A DNA stretch of 32,232 nt from Okeania sp. SIO3I5 (GTDB taxonomy: Bacteria > Cyanobacteriota > Cyanobacteriia > Cyanobacteriales > Microcoleaceae), in contig NZ_JAAHHT010000051.1 of NCBI RefSeq assembly GCF_010672085.1, positions 934-33,165 on the forward strand. Reading direction: 5' to 3'. Shown here piece after piece: positions 1-8,121 of this stretch (the stretch's first letter is position 1; each line of letters begins with the position of its first letter). A program made the translations under genes and the position numbers. The notes under the pieces are model-generated. The model saw only the letters and a program-made list of their open reading frames with translations, made no database searches and had not been told where the DNA came from.

Positions 1-372
1 AAAAATATAAATAATACATAAAAAAATATTACTTCTACTCTAAAATTTCATATAATTTTAATTGACTTTAATTTAGGCTGCTCCGATTAGAAATTTTGCT
101 GAATTCCATAGAATTAAGTTTAATAAAAATGAACATAAAATTCACCATTGAGTAATCAAATTAAGCCATCTATTATTTATTAAGTTACTCGTAAAAAAGA
201 ATTATTCAATAGATAAAAATAACTATAATTATTGCTCTGCTGAATAAATATGAAAAAATTGAAATATAAAAGTTTCAGCCTTTTTAGATACCTAAAAAGT
301 GCAAGCTTTTAGAGCTAAAAGGTTCAAAAAGCTAGCCTAGCATTTAAGGCTTACTAAGACAGAAAAATTAAC
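1..372 (-). repeat. Partial copy of a MITE-like element (AATTAGGGTTTGCTGAAAAAG / TTATTCAGCAGAGCAATAATTAG terminus family), truncated relative to the 524..1000 copy
   Basis: Positions 1-372 are near-identical to 524-895. The shared sequence contains 'taattattgctctgctgaataaatat', the reverse complement of the 3' terminus of the copies at 17470-17933. Confidence 0.6.
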
Positions 373-523
373 GGACTATTCTTCCGATTAGTAATTTCAT
401 ATTTGTTCGATTCTGCATTTGTTGAGGAATCTTTATTGATTTTTTTGGGCTTTGTTGCACAAATATCCTCAAAGCCTTGCCGTTATATTTTCCTATTTAT
501 AGTACAATGCCCTTTGAAAAAAA

Positions 524-1000
524 TATAAATAATACATAAAAAAATATTACTTCTACTCTAAAATTTCATATAATTTTAATTGACTTTAATTTAGGCTGCT
601 CCGATTAGAAATTTTGCTGAATTCCATAGAATTAAGTTTAATAAAAATGAACATAAAATTCACCATTGAGTAATCAAATTAAGCCATCTATTATTTATTA
701 AGTTACTCGTAAAAAAGAATTATTCAATAGATAAAAATAACTATAATTATTGCTCTGCTGAATAAATATGAAAAAACTGAAATATAAAAGTTTCAGTCTT
801 TTTAGATATCTAAAAAGTGCAAGCTTTTAGAGCTAAAAGGTTCAAAAAGCTAGCCTAGCATTTAAGGCTTACTAAGACAGAAAAATTAACGGACTATTCT
901 TCACGAATCTATCCTCTAAACTCACGGTAAATTCTTACTCATGACTCATGACTCATGACTCCTACCCCTACCATTCAGACTTTTTCAGCAAACCCTAATT
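524..1000 (-). mobile_element. Full-length MITE-like element in minus orientation
   Basis: It ends at 980-1000 with 'ctttttcagcaaaccctaatt', the reverse complement of the AATTAGGGTTTGCTGAAAAAG terminus. Inside are (CATGACT)x3, 'cctacccctacc' and 'ttattcagcagagcaataatta', matching the 17693-17933 copy in reverse complement. Confidence 0.6.
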
Positions 1001-1124
1001 ATTAACTATAACTACCGAATTAATGTTTTTTGTATTTCTCTATAGATTGTTATAAATAAGACTATCTCTAAGATAAAAACAGTTTGATAAATAACCTATT
1101 TTTTCTTTAATCCTAAAATTAATA

Positions 1125-4100
1125 ATGTCAATAAAAGTCAGTCTGAATCATCAACTTATTTACAATTTTGACCGCCCTATTATTCTCGGACCGCATCAGT
1201 TAGGATTGCGTCCTTCTCTTCATTGTCCTACTCCGATTCAAAGTTATTCATTAAAAGTTGAACCTCAAGAACATCAAATTACTTGGCAACAAGACGTTTA
1301 TGGTAATTTTATTAGCAAAATTAACTTTCTTCAGAAAACAGATAAACTAAAAATTGAAGTTGACATAATCGCTGAACTTAAACCCATAAATCCCTTTGAT
1401 TTTCTCCTGGAAGCTTATGCAGAGAAATATCCTTTTGTTTATGAAAATTCGCTAAAAAAACAACTAACTCCTTTTTTAGAAATCGCCGAATCAGGAGATT
1501 TACTACAGGAATGGATAAATAAAAATAGACAAATAGACACCTATACTACTAATTTTATCAATTCTATTAATCAACAACTTGCTCAAGATATTAACTATGA
1601 AATTAGACTAGAACCAGGTATTCAAACTTGCGAAGAAACTCTCCACAAAAAAATTGGTTCCTGTCGAGATACAGCTTGGTTATTCGTACAAATTTTGCGT
1701 CATTATGGTTTAGCAGCTCGGTTTGTTTCTGGATATTTAATTCAACTCAAAGAAGATATCCCACCCCTCGATAATTCCCCTACTCCAGAATTTGACAATG
1801 GAGACTTACACGCTTGGGCAGAAGTTTATTTGCCGGGAGCGGGTTGGATAGGTCTAGACCCCACCTCTGGTTTTTTGGCAGCAGAAGGTCATATTCCCCT
1901 GGTCTGTACTCCAGAACCTACAGCAGCAAATCCAGTACAAGGCACGACTGAACCCTGCGAGTCTAACTTAGAATTTTACGTCACGGTCTCTCGGTACGAA
2001 GAAAAACTAAGACCTACTAAACCTTACAGTGAAGAGGAATGGGAAAAAATTAACAACCTTGGTAGGGAAGTTGAGGCAAAACTAAGACGTCTTAGTTTAG
2101 GGTTAACGATGGGAGGAGAACCTACCTTTATTTCTATTGATAATTTTGAATCTCCACAATGGCGAGTGGAAGCTTTGGGAGATGAAAAACGCCGACTTGC
2201 GGGACAGTTGTTAAACCGTCTGGAAAAAAGATTTGCTAAGAATGGAGGATTATTACATTATGGTTTGGGTAAATGGTATCCGGGTGAAGCTTTGCCAAGG
2301 TGGGCACTAGGATGTTATTGGCGTCAAGATGGAGTTCCTATTTGGAGCGATCGCTCTCTCATGGCACAAGACAATAAAGATTATGGTCATGCTCGGAAGG
2401 AAGCAGAAATTTTTATCCAGAGTTTAGCGCAACATCTGGGCGTTAATTCAAGTTGCATCATTCCTGCTTATGAACAGGAAACTGAAACACCTGCGGGTTA
2501 TGTTTTGCCGATTTTGTCAGTCTTGAAAAATGAAAATTTGCACTGGAGTAGTTGTCATTGGCAATTACCCGAAAGTAAATTTCACTTGATCCCTGGGGAC
2601 TCACCCTTGGGGTTTCGTTTGCCACTTAGTTCCATTTCTTGGGCAGAAAATTTGGAACCTGAAGCAACCGTCGATATTAACCACCCCCCCACAACTCCAA
2701 GTCCTACATTCTTAGAAGCTCCTGAAAATTCTATTCGGGTAGCTTTAACCACAGAAGCGCGACTTGGAAAAATACATATATTTATCCCACCCATGACTTC
2801 TGCTAGAAGTTATTTAGATTTAATTGCGACGATTGAAAATACGGCAAAGCAACTAAAAATTCCCGTCATAGTTGAAGGTTACACACCTCCTGGGAATGAG
2901 GGAATAGATGGATTTCAAATTACTCCAGACCCAGGGGTAATAGAAGTAAATATTCATCCCGCAGAAAATTGGCATGAGTTGGTCGAGATTACTACAAGTT
3001 TATATGAAGAGGCGCGTTTGTGTCGGTTGGGAACTGAAAAATATCAGTTAGATGGTCGTCGGATAAGTACCGGTGGGGGAGCGCATATTACTATTGGCGG
3101 TAAGAATCTGTCGGAAAGTCCTCTATTAAGACGACCAGATTTATTGCGGAGTCTAATTACATATTGGCAACATCATCCTAGTTTGTCTTATTTATTTTCT
3201 GGTTTATTTGTCGGTCCGACGAGTCAAGCACCCCGAATAGATGAGGCGCGACATGAAAGTTTGTATGATTTGGAAATTGCTTTTCAGGAGTTACAACCGG
3301 GAAAAGAAGTTGCCCCCGAATTAATAGATCGTTTGTTGAGAAATTTATTGGTGGACGTCACGGGAAATACTCACCGCACCGAATTTTGTATTGATAAATT
3401 ATTTCCAGTGGAAAATCTACGCCGTCGGTTTGGGTTATTGGAGTTTCGAGGATTTGCAATGCCTCCCCACCCTAGAATGAGCTTATTACAAATGTTGTTA
3501 ATTCGGGCTTTGGTGGCGTGGTTTTGGGAACAACCTTATCAACGAGATTTGATTCGCTGGGGGACAATGCTCCACGATCGCTTTTTTCTGCCTCATTATA
3601 TAGGTGAGGATTTTCAAAAAGTAATTAGAGATTTGCAGTCGGCAGGTTTTGGATTTGAATTTGACTGGTTTGCGCCGTTTTTTGAATTTCGTTTTCCGAC
3701 AGTTGGGGAAATAATGCGGGATGGGTTGCAGTTGGAGTTACGTTATGCAATTGAACCTTGGCACGTTTTGGGAGAAGAAACAACTGGTGGAGGAACAGCG
3801 CGTTATGTGGATGATTCGATGGAAAGGTTGCAAGTAATCTTGCGAGGTGCGATGGGAGATTCGCCCAATCAGGATAGTGTAGGTTCGCGGTATTTAGTTT
3901 TGTGTAATGGTCGTCAGGTACCTTTGCACTCTACGGGTGTGACAGGTGAGTATGTAGGGGGGGTAAGGTATAGAGCGCGGAAATATGGGAGTTTATTACA
4001 TCCAGCGATCGAATCTCATAGTCCGTTGCTGTTTGAAATTGTGGATAGTGCAGTAGGGCGAAGTATTGGTGGGTGTAGTTATTATGTGAGTCCTCCCAAT

Positions 4101-4259
4101 GGGAAAGTTTATCGGCAGTTTCCGGTAAATCATCGGGAGGCAGAGTCACGGATGGTAGAGCGGTTTATAGGAATGGGGCATTCTTCTGGAGAGGTTGAGT
4201 TGTCCCCGCTGCGGTTAAGTTCGGAATATCCGTTGACTTTAGATTTGCGGAGGACTTAG
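1125..4259 (+). CDS. Transglutaminase-like cysteine-protease core fused to a large DUF2126-type C-terminal region (1044 aa)
   Basis: Complete ORF. The transglutaminase-core catalytic triad context is visible: 'GSCRDTAWLFVQILRHYGLAARFVSGY' (Cys), 'DLHAWAEVYLPGAGWIGLDPTSG' (His, Asp). The ~800-aa C-terminal extension is typical of DUF2126 transglutaminase-family proteins. Confidence 0.85.
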   Translation: MSIKVSLNHQLIYNFDRPIILGPHQLGLRPSLHCPTPIQSYSLKVEPQEHQITWQQDVYGNFISKINFLQKTDKLKIEVDIIAELKPINPFDFLLEAYAEKYPFVYENSLKKQLTPFLEIAESGDLLQEWINKNRQIDTYTTNFINSINQQLAQDINYEIRLEPGIQTCEETLHKKIGSCRDTAWLFVQILRHYGLAARFVSGYLIQLKEDIPPLDNSPTPEFDNGDLHAWAEVYLPGAGWIGLDPTSGFLAAEGHIPLVCTPEPTAANPVQGTTEPCESNLEFYVTVSRYEEKLRPTKPYSEEEWEKINNLGREVEAKLRRLSLGLTMGGEPTFISIDNFESPQWRVEALGDEKRRLAGQLLNRLEKRFAKNGGLLHYGLGKWYPGEALPRWALGCYWRQDGVPIWSDRSLMAQDNKDYGHARKEAEIFIQSLAQHLGVNSSCIIPAYEQETETPAGYVLPILSVLKNENLHWSSCHWQLPESKFHLIPGDSPLGFRLPLSSISWAENLEPEATVDINHPPTTPSPTFLEAPENSIRVALTTEARLGKIHIFIPPMTSARSYLDLIATIENTAKQLKIPVIVEGYTPPGNEGIDGFQITPDPGVIEVNIHPAENWHELVEITTSLYEEARLCRLGTEKYQLDGRRISTGGGAHITIGGKNLSESPLLRRPDLLRSLITYWQHHPSLSYLFSGLFVGPTSQAPRIDEARHESLYDLEIAFQELQPGKEVAPELIDRLLRNLLVDVTGNTHRTEFCIDKLFPVENLRRRFGLLEFRGFAMPPHPRMSLLQMLLIRALVAWFWEQPYQRDLIRWGTMLHDRFFLPHYIGEDFQKVIRDLQSAGFGFEFDWFAPFFEFRFPTVGEIMRDGLQLELRYAIEPWHVLGEETTGGGTARYVDDSMERLQVILRGAMGDSPNQDSVGSRYLVLCNGRQVPLHSTGVTGEYVGGVRYRARKYGSLLHPAIESHSPLLFEIVDSAVGRSIGGCSYYVSPPNGKVYRQFPVNHREAESRMVERFIGMGHSSGEVELSPLRLSSEYPLTLDLRRT

Positions 4260-4846
4260 AGGTATTATTTTTGATTACATGAGTATATATTATCGGTAAT
4301 ATATACACCACCAGACCAATCATGGTAACTAGGATATGGGTTGTAATCATTGTTTTGGAAATTTTTACATTATTCATAATTCATTGGTTGGTTTGTGTGA
4401 TTTTTAATTCAGATGGTGGTGATTATTCTCAGGACAAACGCATCTAAATTCTGTAAGCTCCTGCTGTTAAGCTTTAGAGAAGTAACGAGTATGAATACTC
4501 AGAAGTCTGACATTCTTCCCCTGTCAGAATTTCAAAATAAGATGCGTTTGCCCTGTGGTTATTCTTTTAATCACCCCACTTAGATTAAATATAAAATGTA
4601 CTATTGTCAAATATCAAGTATAAAATATTATATTATTTCAAGCTTGATATTTTTTGATTTTTATTAATAGCCATTTCCAGAAATTAATATTTTACAGGGG
4701 TTTTATGTGAATCATCAGATATATTTAATTAAAGCAATAATTATGTACTAAGTATTTAATAATACCTTTGCCTAAATGTTTATACTTGAAATGATTAATG
4801 GTATAGGTTCGCCAATATTTTGAAGAAGACAAATAATATAAAATCC

Positions 4847-5029
4847 GGTAGTCCTGCTGAGGAATGGCGAAGATACATAAGTTTTGTAATTTCTTCCCAC
4901 ACCTCCCACACCTCCCACACTTCCCACACCTCCCACACCTCCCACACCTCCCACACGAACCAACTTCCCACACCTCCCACACCTCCCACACCTCCCACAC
5001 TCTCTCTACCATTCCTCAGCACCACCACC
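4847..5029 (+). mobile_element. MITE copy A with imperfect ~21-bp terminal inverted repeats and an internal (TCCCACACC)n 9-mer tandem array, flanked by an 8-bp target-site duplication
   Basis: Terminal inverted repeats are 'GGTAGTCCTGCTGAGGAATGG' (left) and 'CCATTCCTCAGCACCACCACC' (right). 'taaaatcc' flanks the element directly at 4839-4846 and 5030-5037. About 11 TCCCACACC-type 9-mers lie inside. Confidence 0.7.
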
Positions 5030-5169
5030 TAAAATCCGGCTAATTAGTTATCGTATAGCACTTTTGCCGCTACGCGGAATTCAAAATTCAAAATTCATGC
5101 ATTATTGGTTAGTAAGGGTTTTAGGATTTTGTAACTGGTCAGTTATTTCTGCCATCCTGTACTAGGAAG

Positions 5170-5960
5170 ATGAGGTAAAATCCCTATTTTCGAGAGCTTC
5201 GGAAAATGAAAATATGGTAGTCCTGCTGAGGAATGGCGAAGATACATAAGTTTTGTAATTTCTTCCCACACGAACCAACTTCCCACACGAACCAACTTCC
5301 CACACCTCCCACACCTCCCACACCTCCCACACTCTCTCTACCATTCCTGAGCACCACCGCCGAAAATATTTCTCCTATTGCTCTTGGGAAAATTCCTGAA
5401 TATGGAAAAGTTTTTTTTGAACGGTTAATTGGGTTGAATAAAAAGTCATGCGTAGGGGCGAACAACCCCATCTAATCTTTAGAATATCACAAAAGTTGTG
5501 AGGAAGCAACGGGAAATCTTTTGACCCCCCGAAATTTTTGGGAGCTTCAGACAATGAAAATGTTCGTGATTTTTGATTGAGCAGGAAGGGAAAGATTTGA
5601 TGAGGGAACAATCTCTATTTCCGAGAGCTTCAGAAAATGAAAATATTTCTGCTATTGCTCTTGGGAAAATTCTTGGATATTGAAAAGGTTTTGTTGAGCG
5701 GTCAATTTGGTTGAATAAAAAGTCATGCGTAGGGGCGAACGAGCCCATCTAATCTTTAGAATATCACAAAAGTTGTGAGGAAGCAACGGGAAATCTTTTG
5801 ACCCCCCGAAATTTTTGGGAGCTTCAGACAATGAAAATGTTCGTGATTTTTTGATTGAGCAGGAAGGGAAAAATTTGATGAGGGAACAATCTCTATTTCC
5901 GGGAGCTTCAGAAAATGAAAATATTTCTGCTATTGCTCTTGGGAAAAAATTGCTTTCGCT
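5170..5960. repeat. Tandem array of ~276-290-bp units (family 1), about 2.7 copies, with the first copy interrupted by MITE copy B
   Basis: The unit landmark 'ttgaataaaaagtcatgcgtaggggcgaac' recurs at 5433 and 5709. 'gagcttcagaaaatgaaaatatttctgctattgctcttggg' recurs at 5626 and 5900, and a partial copy lies at 5180-5215/5370-5400. Each unit is itself built from two related half-units, both containing 'gagcttcagaMaatgaaaatRtt'. Confidence 0.75.
5216..5361 (+). mobile_element. MITE copy B (same family as 4847..5029), inserted into a unit of the ~280-bp tandem array with an 8-bp target-site duplication GAAAATAT
   Basis: The same terminal inverted repeats are present ('ggtagtcctgctgaggaatgg' ... 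'ccattcctgagcaccaccgcc'). 'gaaaatat' lies at 5208-5215 and 5362-5369. Removing the element and one copy of the duplication regenerates the sequence 'gaaaatgaaaatatttctSctattgctcttggg' seen in the intact paralogous unit at 5636-5670. Confidence 0.8.
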
Positions 5961-6044
5961 TTGTCGCTGCGGACGACTCTTAAACCGGATTCTATATTAA
6001 AATTAATTTTAATATTTTCAAATAGATATGAACAGGAAATAAAT

Positions 6045-7172
6045 ATGTTGAAATCGTTAACTATAAATAATTTTCGTTGCTTCCAATCTTTTGAACTTCA
6101 ACAACTTAGCAGAGTTAATTTATTAGTTGGAATGAATAATAGTGGGAAAACTTCAATTTTAGAAGCAATTCAACTTTTATATTCCTTTCATCAACCAGGC
6201 AAATTTCATAAAATGATATTAGATAGAGGAGAATATTTTACGGAAGGCGATCGCCAACTGGATATTCGTCACCTTTTCTATGGGCGTGAAATTTCATTAG
6301 GAAGCGAATTTTCTATAGTAGGAAATAATGGAAAAGAACAGGAAAAGTTCATTGCTTCAATACAAACAGAGTATCCTAATAATTCCGAGCAAGATATATC
6401 AGATAATTCAGAAGAATTTAGAGATGAGTTAGAATCATCAAAAAAACTTGTTTTTATACTTGATTGGCAGAATCAACCAGTAAAAATAAAACGAAATTTA
6501 TCAGATTATGGAGGTGTATATCTGGGAGACTCAAATTGGGCTATATTGGCGACAAAATTAAATACAAGAGTTGCTAAATCAATTGTAAAATCCCAATTTA
6601 TTGCACCATTGTCTCTGAATATTAGAGAAATTAGTAAACTATTTGATGAAATTGTATTAACACCAGAGGAAAATTTGACTCTAGAAGCACTGCAAATTAT
6701 TGAACCTAAAATTGAACGTATTGCTTCAATTGGTCCTGAAAAATACGATTCTAATAATGAAATTGTAGGAGCAAGAGGTGGATTTAGAGTAAAAGTTTCT
6801 GACCAAAAACAACCCATACCTATTGGCAGTATGGGAGAAGGAATATGGCGAATTTTAGCATTAGCGATCGCTCTGGTTTCTGCTCAAGGTGGAGTATTAC
6901 TTGTAGATGAAATTGATACTGGTTTACATTTTTCTACAATGTCTGATATGTGGAAACTTATTTGGAAAACAGCGAAAAAATTAGATGTTCAAGTATTTGC
7001 TACGACTCATAATAGTGATTGTTGGAGTAGTCTTGCGGATGTGATTAAAAGTGAAGGTTTAGAAAGTGAAGAAATTAAAATTCACAGAATAGAAGCTGAT
7101 AAAAATAGTTCTGTAGTTTTCACAGAACCAGAAATTGTTATTGCTGCAAAACGTGACATAGAGGTGCGATAG
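6045..7172 (+). CDS. AAA_21/AAA_15-type ABC ATPase (AbiLi/AriA/OLD-N-like), the ATPase component of a two-gene module
   Basis: The track ORF runs 5961..7172. I place the start at the in-frame ATG at 6045 (MLKSLTINNF...), which has AGGAAA 6 nt upstream. N-terminal 'LTINNFRCFQSFELQQLSRVNLLVGMNNSGKTSILEAI' is the Walker A region. C-terminal 'GGVLLVDEIDTGLHFSTMSDMWKLIW...VQVFATTHNSDC' carries the Walker B, D-loop and H-loop typical of AAA_21. Confidence 0.8.
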   Translation: MLKSLTINNFRCFQSFELQQLSRVNLLVGMNNSGKTSILEAIQLLYSFHQPGKFHKMILDRGEYFTEGDRQLDIRHLFYGREISLGSEFSIVGNNGKEQEKFIASIQTEYPNNSEQDISDNSEEFRDELESSKKLVFILDWQNQPVKIKRNLSDYGGVYLGDSNWAILATKLNTRVAKSIVKSQFIAPLSLNIREISKLFDEIVLTPEENLTLEALQIIEPKIERIASIGPEKYDSNNEIVGARGGFRVKVSDQKQPIPIGSMGEGIWRILALAIALVSAQGGVLLVDEIDTGLHFSTMSDMWKLIWKTAKKLDVQVFATTHNSDCWSSLADVIKSEGLESEEIKIHRIEADKNSSVVFTEPEIVIAAKRDIEVR

Positions 7173-7175
7173 TAA

Positions 7176-8121
7176 TGGCAAAAAAAGGAAGAAAATTACC
7201 TCCTAAAAATAAGCTCTTGGTAGAGGGTGCTGAGGATAAAAGAGTTATTCCATATTTGATAGAAGCGAATGGAGTTCCTTGGGGTGAAAATAAAGAAGAA
7301 GCTTCAACAATTAATAATTAATAATGAATAATGAATAATTAATAATTACCTCTCCTTGAAAAGAAGAGGATTGACTAATTATGAAAATTTTTATTTATTA
7401 TCCCCTGAAAAGGGGAGGCTTTAAACCAAAATTTTTCGGTAAGCATTCAGCACTCAGCTATCAGCTACATTACCTTTAGTTTACAAGTCAAGGTTATCAT
7501 TATTATGCTTAAATTCTTTGGTTAAAAATGGTAGAAGTTCAACTAAATTATGGCTTCATTCATTTAATGAACCAGAAAATACATGGCAAACTATTAGGAA
7601 TGTTTGTTTGCTTAAAAATTAAGGTTGAAAACCTTTGCTTTCAAGGAGAAAAAACAAAAAAATTATTTTTAACCAATCCTTTTATTAAAAAGAAAAGGTA
7701 ATTATTAATTATTAATTATTAATTGTTAATTATTAATTATTGAATAAGTATTCCTGATTTTCCTGAAAATTTACCAGAAACAGGTCTAATTCATAACACT
7801 AATTCTGGTGTTAAATTTGGAGTGTGGATGATGCCAGATAATAAAATGCGTGGGATGCTAGAAACATTTCTAACTTATATGATTCCTGACGAAAATGAAC
7901 CTATTTGGAATTATGCACAAACAGTTGTTATGGAAGCTAAAAATCAAGGTGCGCCATTTATAGAAAATCATAGTGATAAAGCTAATATTCATACATGGTT
8001 AGCTTGGCAAAATCCTCCTGGTCGTCAATTACATAATGCTGTGATGGAAAAAATATTAAATCCAAAACATCCCCAAGCTCAAATATTTATTAACTGGTTT
8101 AAAAAATTATATGACTTGTAA
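7176..8121 (+). pseudogene. Small partner gene of the ATPase, apparently split by a ~430-bp MITE cluster into an N-terminal fragment (7176..7322, 48 aa) and a C-terminal open frame (7744..8121)
   Basis: The ATG at 7176 lies 4 nt after the ATPase stop, indicating translational coupling. Fragment 1 reads 'MAKKGRKLPPKNKLLVEGAEDKRVIPYLIEANGVPWGENKEEAST*' and carries a TOPRIM/DUF4276-like 'LLVEGxxD' motif. The reading frame then ends in AT-heptamer repeats plus the ACCTCTCC-hairpin elements (7313-7743). A second open frame resumes at 7744 ('...ENLPETGLIHNTNSGVKFGVWMMPDNKMRGMLETFL...KLYDL') with no ATG until late; the annotated track start at 7822 is GTG. No frame-restoring junction was identified, and assignment to DUF4276/AbiLii versus DUF4435/AriB is by gene order only. 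Confidence 0.4.
7313..7743. mobile_element. Cluster of small ACCTCTCC-hairpin MITE-like elements plus AT-heptamer arrays
   Basis: The left end reads 'aattacctctccttgaaaagaagaggattgactaa' and a second hairpin 'cccctgaaaaggggaggctttaaacc' follows. The right end 'ttaaccaatccttttattaaaaagaaaaggtaattatta' is an inverted copy of the left end. Both sides are flanked by (AATTATT)n heptamers. The same termini recur at 19437-19560, 26590-26710, 26870-27060 and 28780-29040. Confidence 0.55.

Noticed and set aside
1040-1124. Possible promoter for the DUF2126 gene (TTGATA ... TTAATC)
   Set aside because: The hexamers are weak and the region is generally AT-rich, so a match of this quality is expected by chance.
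2582-4149. Track ORFs inside other genes: 2582..2794 and 3931..4149 (antisense within the DUF2126 gene), 6506..6817 (within the ATPase gene), 15491..15748 and 15973..16422 (within the MVP gene), 27148..27422 (within wzt), 29618..29815 (within the methyltransferase gene), 9093..9293 and 16503..16685
   Set aside because: They are all embedded in or antisense to much longer ORFs with clear domain content, or lie inside MITE sequence. There is no independent support.
4165-4377. 70-aa minus-strand ORF with one hydrophobic segment, convergent on the transglutaminase gene
   Set aside because: It could be a small membrane protein. However, it is low-complexity (T/N/K-rich), its N-terminal region overlaps the stop region of the large gene, and it has no RBS-like context. 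The evidence is insufficient.
4725-5748. Eight short ORFs from the track lying in repeat DNA: 4725..5012, 4772..4963, 4795..5028 and 5162..5344 on the minus strand; 4820..5032 and 5233..5475 on the plus strand; 5375..5611 and 5479..5748 on the minus strand. They encode poly-'WEV', 'GGV' and 'HTS' peptides.
   Set aside because: They are translations of the (TCCCACACC)n 9-mer array and of the 280-bp tandem units in several frames and on both strands, with no coherent protein-like composition.
5170-5960. Considered whether the two tandem arrays (here and 21440..22605) are CRISPR arrays
   Set aside because: The period is about 280-290 bp with no alternation of a short conserved repeat and unique spacers. 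The whole unit is repeated, and there are no cas genes.
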